DNA of 64,000 nt from the human T2T-CHM13v2.0 reference genome, Homo sapiens: assembly GCF_009914755.1 (NCBI RefSeq), contig NC_060942.1; one strand, 5' to 3'. Positions 13,061 through 26,810 of this stretch are shown here, in pieces. Each line of letters begins with the position of its first letter. Position 1 is the stretch's first letter. The notes under the pieces were generated by a model. That model ran no database searches. It was given only the letters and a program-made list of their open reading frames with translations, and was not told the DNA's origin. Position numbers and translations under genes: made by a program.

Positions 13061-13506
13061 AGACAGAAACAGCAGCAGCAGCAACAAAAAACCAATAATA
13101 ACAGGGCAGCAAGGCAGGGAAGGACAAGGAGCCAGAAGGGAGGAGGTGGCAGCCAGACGAAGGGGAGGTGAGCTCCCCTGGAGGGCCCCGCACAAGAAAG
13201 GCCTGGGTGTGAGGCTGGAGGCTAAGGAGGGGGTGGGGGAAGAGCACACACCGGGGAGCAGAGGCCAGACTGGGGAGCTGCACATAAGGTCCCGGAAGCC
13301 TCTGAAGGGCCTGAAGGCTAAGGCATGAGAATGGCACTGTGCAGTGGCTGCTCCCATCACAGCGGGGAGAACTGGAGGGCACAGTGCAGCAGGCAGAGGC
13401 AGGAGCCTAGTCCAGGGAAGGGGGAAACAGGCCTGAACTAGGATGATGCTAGTTGGGTGGATTTAAAAGATATTTAGGAAAGGGGAGGAGCAGGTAGAGG
13501 AGCTGC

Positions 13507-13992
13507 ATGCGCGCACACACACACACACACCCACACCCACATCCCCAAATACACACCACTCACATAGACACACACACAGACACACCGAGGCACGCACACA
13601 CAGATAAAACACACAGACACGCACACATAGACACACACACCACAGACTCACACACATAACACAAACACAACACAAACATCCATACCCACAACATATACAC
13701 AGACAGACAACACACCCAGACATGCGCGCACACACACACACACACACCAGACACACACAATACACACACACCCAGACATGCACATACAGACAACACAGAC
13801 ATGCACACACACACACACCACAGACAAAACACACAAGACACATACACACACAATACATACAAAACAGATACCCACACACTCACATGCAGACACACCCACA
13901 CACACACAGACACACACACAGACATACACAGACATGCACATACAGACACACACACACCAGACACACAGACACAACACACACAGACACACACA
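13507..13992. repeat. Degenerate (CA)n/(CAGA/CATA) low-complexity tract, ~490 bp
   Basis: Directly visible. It produces the Cys/Val and His/Thr junk ORFs. Confidence 0.97.
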
Positions 13993-14043
13993 GTAACAAG
14001 AATTTTAAAATAACATTTACAGTGATTAAGACTAAAAGCATCT

Positions 14044-14330
14044 GGACCAGGTATAGTAGCTCACGCCTGTAATCCCAGCACTGTGAGAGGCCAAGGCAGG
14101 AGGATCACTTGAACCCAGGAGTTAAAGACCAGCCTGAGCAACCTAGCAAGACCCTATCTTTACAAAAAATTTAAAAATTAGCCAGATGTGATGGCGCATG
14201 TCTGTAGCTACTCAAGAGGCTGAGATGGGAGGATTGCTTGAGCCCAGGAGTTCGAGGCTTCAGTGAGCTAGAATCATGCCAGTCCACTCTAGCCTGGGCC
14301 TAAGAGTGATATCCTGTCTCTAAAAATAAT
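14044..14330 (+). mobile_element. AluJ (antisense to DYM)
   Basis: ctcacgcctgtaatcccagcact..gaggattgcttgagcccaggagttcgaggct, followed by an A-rich tail. Confidence 0.9.
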
Positions 14331-14969
14331 TAAACCAAAAAATTAAATTTGAAAAATAAATTTAAGAAAACCAACTAAAAACATCTAAGTGCTGGATCTT
14401 CAGAGTTCCAGAATGATCAGAGAGGAGCAGAGTGAAGCAGCAAAGACTTTGTGGCAAGAGTTACATCTTGAACAAGTGTGTAAGAATTCCTAAAACGGAG
14501 GGTGTTCTGGCCATTGATGTAACTTCAACACACAGCCCCCATCTGCTATGGCTTCAGTGATCAGCAGCTCCCCACTTTGTGGCTACCAGACTGTTATATA
14601 AATAGACGCCAAGCTCTAGCACTACCTAGGCCTAGATCTCCCCACACCCTGCACCCCCACACTGCAGTCCCCTTTTCAAAAACTACTAGTTCTAGTTCAA
14701 TGAAACCTGTGCCTTTTCAGACCATCAGTGTTTCCTTCCAGCTCTTTGCCATCATCAGCGCAGGCTGGAAGTCTCAGTGTCTGCTGATGATGTTGCTCAT
14801 GACTGCAATGGAGGGGACAACTTCTTTAGCTGGGCTCTTTGGCCCAGTCTGGCTGACAAAGTTTGATCAGCTCAGGATGTGGCACCACTTCCAGCACTTG
14901 CTGACATGAGCCAGAGTTCAATGAGGCCCCAGCTTTATTTTTCTTTCTTTATTCTTTCCCTCCTCTCAG

Positions 14970-15900
14970 CTGACACCTAAGGCCCCCAGCTTTCTACTCC
15001 CTCCTCGTCCACTCCTGAAGTCCCCTTGCACCCCACCTGCCCTGCACAGTGCTCTCTGGGTGTTCCCTAACTGCTGGTGGGGCGGTATCCTAGGGCCTGG
15101 AGAGTTTGGGAGCCTCCTCATACACTGTGTTGATTCCAGCCCGACATGGGGTTCTCAGGTATGTGGGTGCTTAGAGGGAAGTCTTTGTCATGGAATCAGG
15201 TGTCTAAGAGGTACCAACACGATGATGTTCTTTTCTGTGAAAAATCTGCATTTGTAGCAAGAGGGGGGCAACAAGTAGCTCCCACCGACCCGCGCTCCCC
15301 ATACATCATGCCGTCTGAAGCTCCCACGGCATCCTGGTCAGTCACCAAATGTCCCGCTGAGGCCAGTGCCAACCCCATGAAGAGAAGGTAACTCGGAGCT
15401 CAGAGAGGCTAAGTGCTCGGTTGCAAGGTCATGCAGCCTGCTGGAGTGGAGTCAGGTTTAAAGCCTGGGTCTGACTGTGTGCAAAGTTAGTTTGAAAAGT
15501 GACATCAGAGTTCTGGCCACCCTAATGCTTTATCCTTAAATTTGATTCTCTTAGGCTCCACGAAACCCTTCTGGGTGTGAGGTACAGAGCTCAGCACGCT
15601 GCTGGTCCTTAAAAAAAGAACCACATGAGGGCAATAATCACGAGAGGACTGTGGTGCTATGTGAAGAAGAAATGAAACTCATCCATGATAATGGAGACGA
15701 AAATCCTAGTTCTTAGGACGGCCTCAAACTTTAGAAAACCTCACACGGACTCAGGGAGAAGAGAGGGGCTAGGTGGGTGTGCAGAGTCCCCCAGTGGCTT
15801 GTTTTCATTGGAATAATAACATCTTACATTTCGATGTGGTAATGTCGCTGTTAAAACGCACTTCTCATTGTTAGAAATAAAAATGACTCAAAGATGTGAA
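14970..15900 (+). ncRNA. Probable 3' exons of an antisense lncRNA (DYM-AS1-like): candidate exons 14970-15158, 15258-15387, 15555-~15900
   Basis: Splice signals on + strand: long pyrimidine tract ..tcctctcag|14970, CAG|gtatgt at 15158/9, tttgtag|15258, AAG|gtaact at 15387/8, and ctaat..tttgattctcttag|15555. AATAAA at 15876-15881. An antisense lncRNA is recalled at this locus, but the exon usage is inferred. Confidence 0.45.
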
Positions 15901-16589
15901 AGCTTTTCTCCATTCAGTGACTTACATGGGGGTTTTCCCATGAAGGCCTTAGGAGAGGCTGTGAGGCAGCTTATGCAAGGCTGCTTTCCGCATCTCTAAG
16001 GAGGGTGGAATGGGAAATAAAACCAATAAACTGTAAACTGCTCTCAGAAGAATTCCTTCCAGCTGAATTACAGAAACTTAGGCAAGGCTGCTACTAAGTT
16101 TATGGGCTAGCAGTAAGTTTTCCTGCCCTCATGGCTTTGGGGAAACTCTGATGACTATTCCGCTAGAAGGAGTAATGAGTCAAAGACTGCCCTTAAATCC
16201 TGCAAAAGAGGATCTGGAAAAAATACCTGGCACCCCCATGACTATCCTTCCCACCACCTGGTACAACCAGAAGTGAAAATGCCTCAAGTTGATGTTGAAA
16301 CAATAACTCATCTCACCCTCCACAAAGGCACAGGACATCTCTCAGCAACAGAGATCTTTCCTCTAATCGGAAAGTACACTCTTTGGCTGGTAGTAACTAT
16401 GGCTTTCAAATGTTGCAAACAAAATCTCAGGAACATCCAGTATATAGCATATGATAGTACACAAAAATGGTATAAAATAGTATAAACTTTATCTGTCAAG
16501 AGAAGACGTGTAGATTTTATTATGAAGTTATTCTTCAAGCTGATCATTATTTCCATAGAAGTTCTCCATAAAAATAATAAATTCTGAGA

Positions 16590-17065
16590 TTATACCTAGC
16601 ATTTATAGCTAATACAATTGATTACCTATTATATGGCAGGCATATTCAAAGAATTTACATATAGTTACTCATTTCATCTTTGAAACAACTACAAAAAGCA
16701 ACTCCAAAGGCAGGCAGATAATTTGAGTTTCAGTCCCATCTTTTCCCATTCATTCACTCAGTAAATACTTACTGAGGGCCTAGTGTATAGTAAGCACAGG
16801 ACTAAAAATACAGCCACTAGGACACATGGGGTCCCAGCCTTCAAGAGCTAAAAGGCCAGTCCTTATTAGCTGAGTGACCTTGGACTAGTCTCACATCCTT
16901 GCTCAGATCAGGCTCTTAAGGTTTACTATACTCTGAGGCTTGGAATGTAACCATCCTTCCTACTTCACAGAGTTGTACTGACAATCGGATGAGATAAGCC
17001 ACGTGAAGGGCTTGGTATAGTACCCACCACAGAGTAAGTACTTAATGAATGTTGGCTATTATTAC
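16590..17065. mobile_element. MIR and L2 fragments
   Basis: tagcatttatag..tactcatttcatctt; cattcattcactcagtaaatacttactgag; tagctgagtgaccttgg..acagagttgt..agtacttaatgaatgttggctattatt. Confidence 0.65.
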
Positions 17066-17113
17066 TGACATTAAAATGACATGCAAGTATAAGGGATGCT
17101 CTTATAATGTTCT

Positions 17114-17195
17114 GTAATCAAACCTAAAGACTAGACATACTATGATGTTTACTATGGCCTGGTCATAGCGAAGTCTAGTCTTTAGATGTGATTAC
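17114..17195 (-). ncRNA. MIR4744: pre-miRNA hairpin hsa-mir-4744 (mature UCUAAAGACUAGACUUCGCUAUG at 17186-17164)
   Basis: A long imperfect inverted repeat is directly visible (TCTGTAATCA..CTAAAGACTAGAC..CTATGA / TCATAG..GTCTAGTCTTTAG..TGATTACAGA). The minus-strand sequence matches the recalled mir-4744 precursor, which lies in a DYM intron. Confidence 0.85.
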
Positions 17196-17297
17196 AGAGC
17201 CCATTTCTCTTACAAGCCCATTTCTCTTATGCACCCAAATGGATACTTCTCACTTGGCAACTGACTCTTAATAATAGAAATAAGCCTCCCTGCATGA

Positions 17298-17818
<521 letters not shown>

Positions 17819-18169
17819 AGAGGGGTAACTTCTACAGTGTATGTGACATTAGGCTTTTGCAATCTAATGGGGTAACTAAGAAGGGTTTACCATCTATGAA
17901 GGGGTAACTTCTGCAATGTATGTGACCTAGGTGTTTACCATCTTCCTGTAAGATCGTGCAGCACGTTCAACAACATCCAGCATGGCAGCTAACTCCCTGA
18001 GCCACACGGGGCTGCGGGGGCTGTGGTTGACCAGGAATGAAGCCTTCTGCTTGAAGTTCACAGACAGCCCAGTAGGAAGCTCAGTGGAAATGACTCTGAC
18101 TAGAGCTGCCATGTACCAGGCACTTCCTGCTTCACTAATGACCACCCTATAAAAAACAAAAGTGGCCTC

Positions 18170-18520
18170 TCTCGGCTCACTGGCTTATTGCCTTCACAAC
18201 ACTCAGTGCAATTGGTGCTTCTCTTATTTGTTGACTTGTGCACCATTTGTTTCCCCAACTAGAACAAACATCGGCTCTAAGAAGGCAGGGACCTTATGAG
18301 CATCTGGCATGTCACTGACATCTTAAGGCACGTTTGCTGAATGAGGAATTAAATAAATGAACGAATGACGTAAAATCTGCACAAAAATCCTGTGACACAG
18401 GTATTATTCACTCCATTATAGAGATTTAAAAAACCAAGACCCCAAAAGAATAAGTCACATGAAAAAGAGGCCACAGCAGTGAGTGGTAGAGCCAGAAGCT
18501 GAAAGAAGCTCAGGCCTTTC
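18170..18520. mobile_element. L2 3' end followed by MIR
   Basis: gaaggcagggacc..tttgctgaatga..aaatgaacgaatg; aatcctgtgacacaggtattattcactccattatagag. Confidence 0.6.
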
Positions 18521-21500
18521 CTCTGGAGCCTCCCCAGGGTCAAAAGGGACCTGAGTGTGCCCTTAGAATGTCTGTGGCCAACGTGGACACTAGGTTTTCA
18601 TGTCTTTCAAGTAATAATAATGAGCTTCAGATGTTTCTTCAATATCCTCCTAACCAACAACTCACTTAACCTTTTGTGGCCGTGTTTCCTCACTGTGAGT
18701 GATGGGGTTGATCACCAGGTGAGCCCAGGCTGGGGACAGGAGGCCTTGGCTCTGTCTTGGCTCAGCAGGTGGCAAGCTGGGCAGTTTGGGGCAAGTCATA
18801 GCATTTCTCAGGACTCAGTTTTCTAGCCTTGTGAAAAATGAAGGACCTTTGAGCTCCTTCCAATTCTGACTAGGTGTGGTTTTATGTTTAGACCAGTAAG
18901 GTCTAAAGGTGTATTCCCTGCCATGCCTCTAGGCTCTGCAGGGTTCACTTGAAGAAAGGGTTGAATGGGTTGGGCCTGGGTTCAGCTGCAACCCTGAAGT
19001 TAAGCATTTGTTGATTTCTACTTAGACAGACTTTGCATTGGAGATGGTATCTGAATGTCCTGGAGGTTGACAATAGACATTTTTAAAGGCTAAGGCTCCC
19101 AACTGCTGAAAACAAAGACAAGCTTGAAGCTGCTGTTGAGCTGCTCTGTGGCCTGGGAGCTCCCAGCTAAGTGGGCTGAGGTTCCAGGCGCTGCCCCCGT
19201 CCGTGCTGGCTAGTGAAGGCCTGGTCCCCTCCACAGACTGGGTTCCCAAACTGCTGTCTCCCAAGTGTGCACTACTGGTCATGGGGGGACTGAAAGAGCG
19301 GGTAGAGAGAGCAGCGTGAACACACAGCCGTTATTGGAAAACCTGAACATGCAGACAGCACTGCGCATTCCCCGAACCATAGCGCCAGCTCCTCTCCCAC
19401 AGTGAGCAAGGGAGCAGAGAGATTGTTCCTTAGGGTTGTTTGCCTGTAACTTTTCACCAGCACCTAAAAGATTCAGAAAGGGTAATCGCACTCTGTTTGT
19501 TATTTATGCATGTTCTCCAGGACTGGCTACACAGAGTAAACACCTGGAAGCACATGGTAAGGAGCTTCCTTTTTCCTGAAGGGAGCTGTTTGTAAGGGCA
19601 GTGCCTGGGAACACTTTAAAAGGGTGAACACTAGGCATAAATCATAAAAGAATTTTGAGAATGTTATTCAGTCAACCTGGGTAGGCCCGAGCTGAATTTA
19701 ATTTGACCCCCTCTCCGAATCTACCTGTCCATCTACCTCCCTATAGAGAAAGCCAGCATGGTTTGAGACTTAAATAGCAATTCTTAAAAATATGTGCTTC
19801 TCCCTCTAAGATGTCTTAGAAGTCTAAAGTACTAAGGAAAAGAAAGACAAAAGGTTTAATTTAGCACTAAGGACACTGGGGACACATTTTGTCAGGACTG
19901 AGTCCAAGAAATGTCAGTCTGAATGTCAAATCAACAACCTAGAAAAGGTCACTCTTTCCTTTATGTCCCTTTGTAGAGAACAATGATGCCATCCTGTGAG
20001 GCTAAGGGAAGTCCAACTTCTTCACTTGAGAGTGTCTTCATCTCTGCCATGGCCAACAAACCCTCTTGGTGGCCCAGGGCCCCGGCTGCTCAGGTATCGC
20101 CAGGCCCTCTTAACTCCGACATCCGTCTGGCTCTTCTCTGCCCACATCTTCCCTCCCTTGGGCTTCTAAGAACCCCTTTGGGCTCTAGCTAGTGACTCTC
20201 AGGTCAACGTGCTTTGAGGACTTAGACTAAAGCTCTGGGAAGGCAGAGGAGGTGCCTGGGAAGGATCGGGGGCTTGGATCTCATAGTCATGGCAGGAATT
20301 CAGCTAGAACTGGCTGGCACAGGGCAGGGCACTGGTTATCTCAAGCTCAGGCTACTTTGGTGAGGAGCCCCTGGCTTTCACGCTTCTCTTTCCGAGATAC
20401 TTGTCCTGTGACACAGCTCAACAAAGAGAGAAAACTCATCCCTCAAGCTTGTAGCTTGGTCTCAATCCAAAGCTACTTACAGCAATCCTGTTGTTTTGAT
20501 TTTTGGAGCCAGAGGTAATGCTAGACTCTCAAGTTTGGCTGGAATGTTTTTATCAGCTCCAGTGAGTCAACCTACCACAGTGGGACATCCGGACGCCCAG
20601 CTCAGAGACAAAGCAAGGGTCTGGTTTGGTGGTTGAGACTTGGGTGCAACAAGCAGACCAAAAGCCTGAAAGCCATCTCTGCTGTCAGTCATGTGATCTG
20701 GTGAAAACCCACAGGAAGTTCAGTGAACAGATGGAGGGCACAACTGCAATAATTTTATTACCACGAAAGTTGAATGGCGTTTTCCCCCTTCCACCTAAAG
20801 ATGATATAAGATAGCATCAGAAACTCTAGCAAGCACCTGGCACAGGTCCAGAGTCTAATACAATTTAAAATCCAATAGCTACATAGCAGATTGAAAAAAA
20901 AAATTCAAGACCATATTAAGCCTCTGAATAGACAAGGAAATGGGAGATTGCTGGTCGCAAGGCAGACCAGTAACTGTTGGCAGATGGCGCAGGTCGGGAG
21001 TGATGGGTTAGTGACTACAGACAGCATGTGCAGGGCTTGTGGTGGGCAGTCCTGCTCAGATGAAAACTACACAGGTTTGGAGATCCTGTCGTAAAATAGC
21101 AGAGGACGCATTTACATTCTTTTTTTAATTCTGGGGGTGAAGGATAAATTTGGGGATTACGTAGCCTCACTATCATTCCTCCTCCATATCCTATTGCTGT
21201 GTAACTTTAGTTCATCAATGATAAGTCCTTAAACCAAATGTTGGTGGGCTTCAGCTAAACAGGAGGCATTTGCTTGGCTGTAGAGGAAAGAGAGGAATAA
21301 CTTCTGCTCCTTGAACAGGGTGCATCAGTTAGCGGGAGGAAACAAGAACAAGCGGGGAGCATGACCCAGGATGGGAGGTGGGTGGTGCTCCCGGACGATG
21401 CTCTCCCAGGTAGTTCTGGCGAATACTGGGGCCAGGAGGTTTTACGTGGGCTTGGACAGCAAACTCTGGGAGAAATAATGAATCATCAGTTCAGCTAAAT

Positions 21501-21663
21501 TGTTGATCAAGACTGAAGTGCAGGCTCTTCCAAGTGTAATGGAGGGAGTGACAAATCTATGAAATATTATAATTTAACAAAAAGAAGATAAGCACTGGTC
21601 TATGAATAACATCAGCAATGAATGTGGAAAAGTTTCATTTTATGTTAATTTTACAATTAATGA

Positions 21664-21969
<306 letters not shown>

Positions 21970-23957
21970 AGAACTAAATTTAAAATATAGGAAATTATAA
22001 AGGACCACTTATTAGAAGTTACAAGTTAAGAAACACAAAGTTAAAATTAAGAAGCCCATCATGAGAGTGGCTCAAAAGACAGTTGCAACACATGGCATAT
22101 CTAGGAACACCATGGCTGGCGACACAGAGGGACTTGGGCAGGGGGTCTCTGGGCACTAAGTTACCACCCAAGAGGGGCACTTACAAGGTTGGCAGACACG
22201 GATCCTGAGCTCAGGAAATGGTTTCACCACTGTGGAGTGTCCACAAGTGACACTAACAGTTTTTGTAAGTAAGGGCGAAAAGACTCTTCGGGAAAACATG
22301 GAGGATATAAAGTGGAGCCCCATGCTCGGGACAAGCTCTCCACAAACCATCGTATCATTGGCTAGAACTAGAAGCCCCCTTGAGTCTGAATCTTGAGCAA
22401 ATGTCCCTGGTAGGACCTCTGTCACAGACCCAGGCTAAGGGGATTCACAGAAAGGAGAGAAACTTAATCTTCGGTTTTCAATTTCTCTCTCTTTTCTGGG
22501 GGCTGGTGGGAAGGTACAGACTCTCCTGCTGCCTTGGTGTGTGGGCAGGGTTGTGACTTGTGGAGACAGGGCTGGGGTGGGGGTTGCTGGAACTGCATGT
22601 GGAGGGACCCTCTGGAGCAGACAGAGGCTGACAGCACCCTTCTGGGGCCGATCTGCAGTGAGGTGTGGCTAGAGGTAAGTTTGGAGAGGTGGGTGGAGGC
22701 ACGGAGGCAGCCTTGAGGGAAGCCTGTTCACCTGGGAAGCCTAGAGTCGAGGGGACAGATGGAGGACAGAGACTCGTGATCTAAAAGCCATCAGCTGCGG
22801 GGCACCAGGTGAAGTTGCCTACGCGTCAACTCCTCAGGAAGGCTGACTGCATTACTGAGTCAAACTGCCTGATGCAAATCAATTCCTACTTAGGAGGCTG
22901 GGAGAAGGAGAATATTTTGATTCCAAGGTAGGAGATGGGGGCAAAAGTGGAGAATTCTGCTGTCTGTCTTCAAAGATGATGATACTAATGAGAGACAGAA
23001 TCTGAATACGAGGTGCCAAGAGTCCTTCCTAACCCACAGCAGTGATGCTGTCTTTGAGGTTCTCAACAGATTGGGTGGGATCCTGCCCATTAGTAGCCCC
23101 AGGCCAAGCTGCAGAGCTTCCCAAAATGCCGAGGGCCAAATGGGCAGAATGCTAAACGAAAGCACAGCAGCATGCTGTGGGTGAGTAACCTGAATTCCCT
23201 TTCTTGGACAAAGGTCTCCCCGCCTTCGTGAGAATGGGAAGGCAAAGACTACGATGAGCTGAAGCCTGGAAAGGCTGGGTGAAGAAATGTTTCCCTCCAG
23301 CGTTCCAGGAAATATCCTGGGAGGGCTCACACCAAAAGATGAACAAGCAACCAGCGGCTGACTCTAATGGAACAACGGCTTCCCGCTGCTGGCCAGTGAG
23401 GATGGAGGTGGTGACACTGCCACGGCAGCTGAGGCGACTCAGCCCAGCAGCCACGTGAGCCTGGCTAGGGGAAGTGAGTAATGAGGGGGCTGGGGGAGGT
23501 GCAGGCTGAAGGAAACTTTGGGGTTTCTCAAGTCGTTCCTGTCTCTTCAGCTGTCACCCTCTGCTCCCACTTTCCTGAAATGGAGGCAGGACTCTTCAGA
23601 CAACTCAGAGACTCAAGAGCCACCAAATGGGCTCAGGCCCTGCTTTCTGCTAGCATTGCCACAGAGCCCCTAAAAGCCACTGAAGACAGGCCATTTTCAT
23701 TGACACTGTCAGAGTAGAAAAGAAAGAGAATACTTGAAACTCTGTTTTCCAAAACCAAAGTAGAGAAAGCTAATAAGCAAGGGACAGGTGATGTGATCAG
23801 AAATCAAACAGGATTTGGCTCTCAGGCTACATGCCACTGAGGAGAGGAGAATCTTCACAGAGGGCTAATGAGTGTAAAAATATTCGTATTTGTAAGCTGA
23901 AACAAAGATTGAATCTCCATTAATAAAAGCCTATTCTTTTTCATTCATGATTCCTGC

Positions 23958-24420
<463 letters not shown>

Positions 24421-25728
24421 AATTCCTGCTTTTACCCTTTCCTGTACAAAAAGGCATAGGTCGTAAGTTTCATATCTCAGTGTGTTAGCAATGTAAAACC
24501 TGGCTCACCATATCCAAAATAGGGTCTTGATCTGGCCTTGGGCAGGCTAGAAATTTAACTGCACTGGTATAAATCCATGTGATCTGAACTTTTTTTTTGG
24601 TAATTTTCTTATGAAGGGAGCAGTTTCACAGTTTACAACTTTATGAACTAGCAATAACACCATGGGCAGGATAGAGGGAAAGTACATTCAGAGGTGGCAA
24701 AGCAGTGATGCTGACCAATCAGACAAAGAGACCGCAGAGAGGAAGGACTTCACCTCTGCAGACTGCTGCTCCTTGAGCCCAGGTCTCTCGTGGACACTGC
24801 TCAGGGGCTGGCTCAGGCAGGGCCACAGACGAGCATGCACAGTGTTTCCCAGGCAGGCCTGTGGCACGATGGGGCCAGAAAGAGCCAGGGCAAGGGAGCT
24901 GGGAGTCATGCTCATTCCCACTTGCCCCATATGTTAACTGGGGCGGGGGGTTTGGTAGTGGCCCAGGAGTCGCCCTGCCCCATTGTTCCTAGTCTGACAG
25001 CTGAAGCTGCACCAGGCACACCACCATGACATCTGCTGTCTTCCTCTCCTCAGCCTAGACAGGCTGGAAGGCAGAAGAGCAGTAGGCAGCTGGCATTTCA
25101 TGCTCCCCATGGCAACTGTCGCACTGATCAATTACTTGAAATTTCAATAAATACCATGAAAACGAAGTGTAAACTTTTAAGACTACCATGTACCTCTCCC
25201 ATTTAGGCTATGAATGGTATCATGGAGGGAAAATTCAAGATGTCTGGATTTTAGAGGTGGCTCTGACACTAATAAACTTGGACAAACCATGTCCCTCTTT
25301 GACACTTAGTTACTTCATCTATAAACCATTACGGCTGATGAGGTCTGCTCTGACTGGTGGAGACTGGAGCTGAAGACTGACTGTGATGTTGAGGTGGTGC
25401 AGGCAGGGCTGAGAGGCCCAGTGAGGGCCAGGCACAACTGCTGGCTAGACTCTGTTAGCACCTTGCTCTGACTTCTCCAAGCAGTCCCAGAGAAGGGCCT
25501 CAAAGGAGTCCATCTTCTGCCTTGGAACAAGGTTCAAAGCCAAAGGACAACTGGAAAATACAAGACCTTTCCCTTCTCTATCATGATTTTTTTCAAATCA
25601 ATGCCCCAGAAGGCAAGTAAAACATCTGTAGATGAAGCATTTGGAGATCTCTAGTCATTTTCAAAACAAGGAATTAAGAGCAAGCACTCATATTTTATAA
25701 CACAGGCTCCAATTTTGCTAAATTTACA

Positions 25729-26038
25729 TTTTTTTCTTTTTCTTCTTTTTTTTTTTTTTCCTCAGAGGCAGGGTCTTGCTCTGTTGCTCAGGCTAGAGTG
25801 TAGTGATATGATCATAGTTCATTGCAGCCTCAAACTTCTGGGCTCAAGTGATCCTCCCACCTCAGCTTCCTGAGTAGCTAGGACCACAGGTCTGCACCAC
25901 CATGCCTGGCAAATTTTTAAATTTTTTATAGAGATGGGGTCTCACTATGTTGCCCAGGCTGGTTTTGTGGTCAAGTGATCCTCCTGACTTGACCTCCACA
26001 AAGTGCTTGGGTTACAGGTGTGAGCCACACTGCCTGAC
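25729..26038 (-). mobile_element. AluJ
   Basis: Alu dimer; TSD aaatttacat at 25720 and 26041. Confidence 0.9.
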
Positions 26039-26570
26039 ACAAATTTACATATTTCAATAAAGAAAGACACACTGCTTATCTCTTAAGGGACCAATGATAG
26101 ATAATTCAATTTGTTATACACTGTAAGCATGAAAATTAAACAACATTGAGAGTTACCTTGGAAACACCCATAAAACATTTTAAAGGATCTTTCAAAAGGA
26201 AATTCCAAATTTAAATAATCAACATACTATAATAAGACACTTATATTTGGGGTTATTTAGAGCAAGAGGATGTAGAACATACCTTTTTTTTAAAATCAAA
26301 ATTTGTTATACATAAGAAAAAGTGAAAACTCTAAATTTCCCCTAGAGAGAACTAATGTATGCTCAGCACAAAAGGGGTGACAACATCTGAGTTTTGGAAC
26401 TTGTACAATGAAAAAGCAGATTTAAGGAAGACAGAATGATGTGCTTATTTAAAGAGAAACTTATACTGTAAATACATCTTCTATGGTTTCTACCTCTAAG
26501 TGCATACGAAACACTTTCTGATGAAGAAAGATGTTTCAAGATAAAACTTCTGATTAAATCCCTCTTGCAA

Positions 26571-26810
26571 GGATTATTAGTGTCCTTATAGAAAAGACCA
26601 CAGCCAGCCAGCTAGTCCCGTCCACCATGTAAGGACACAGCTAGAGGGTGCTGTCTACGAACCACAAAGTGGGCCCTCAGCAGACACCAAATCTGCTGGT
26701 GCTTTGATCTTAGACTTCTCAGCCTCCAGGACAGTGAAAAGTAAGTTCTGTTGTTTATAAGCCTCCCATTCCACAGTATTTGGTTATAGCAGCCCCAGCG
26801 AACTAAGACA
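26571..26810 (+). mobile_element. MaLR LTR fragment (MLT1A/MST-like)
   Basis: attagtgtccttata..cagacaccaaatctgctggtg..tgatcttagacttctcagcctccag..gttatagcagccccagcgaactaagaca. Confidence 0.85.

Noticed and set aside
13463-14072. Cys/Val-rich and His/Thr-rich ORFs
   Set aside because: Translations of the (CA)n/(TG)n tract.
22890-23330. 146-aa minus-strand ORF as an alternative DYM exon or new gene
   Set aside because: No recognisable homology, non-ATG start and no convincing splice context; the length is within chance range.
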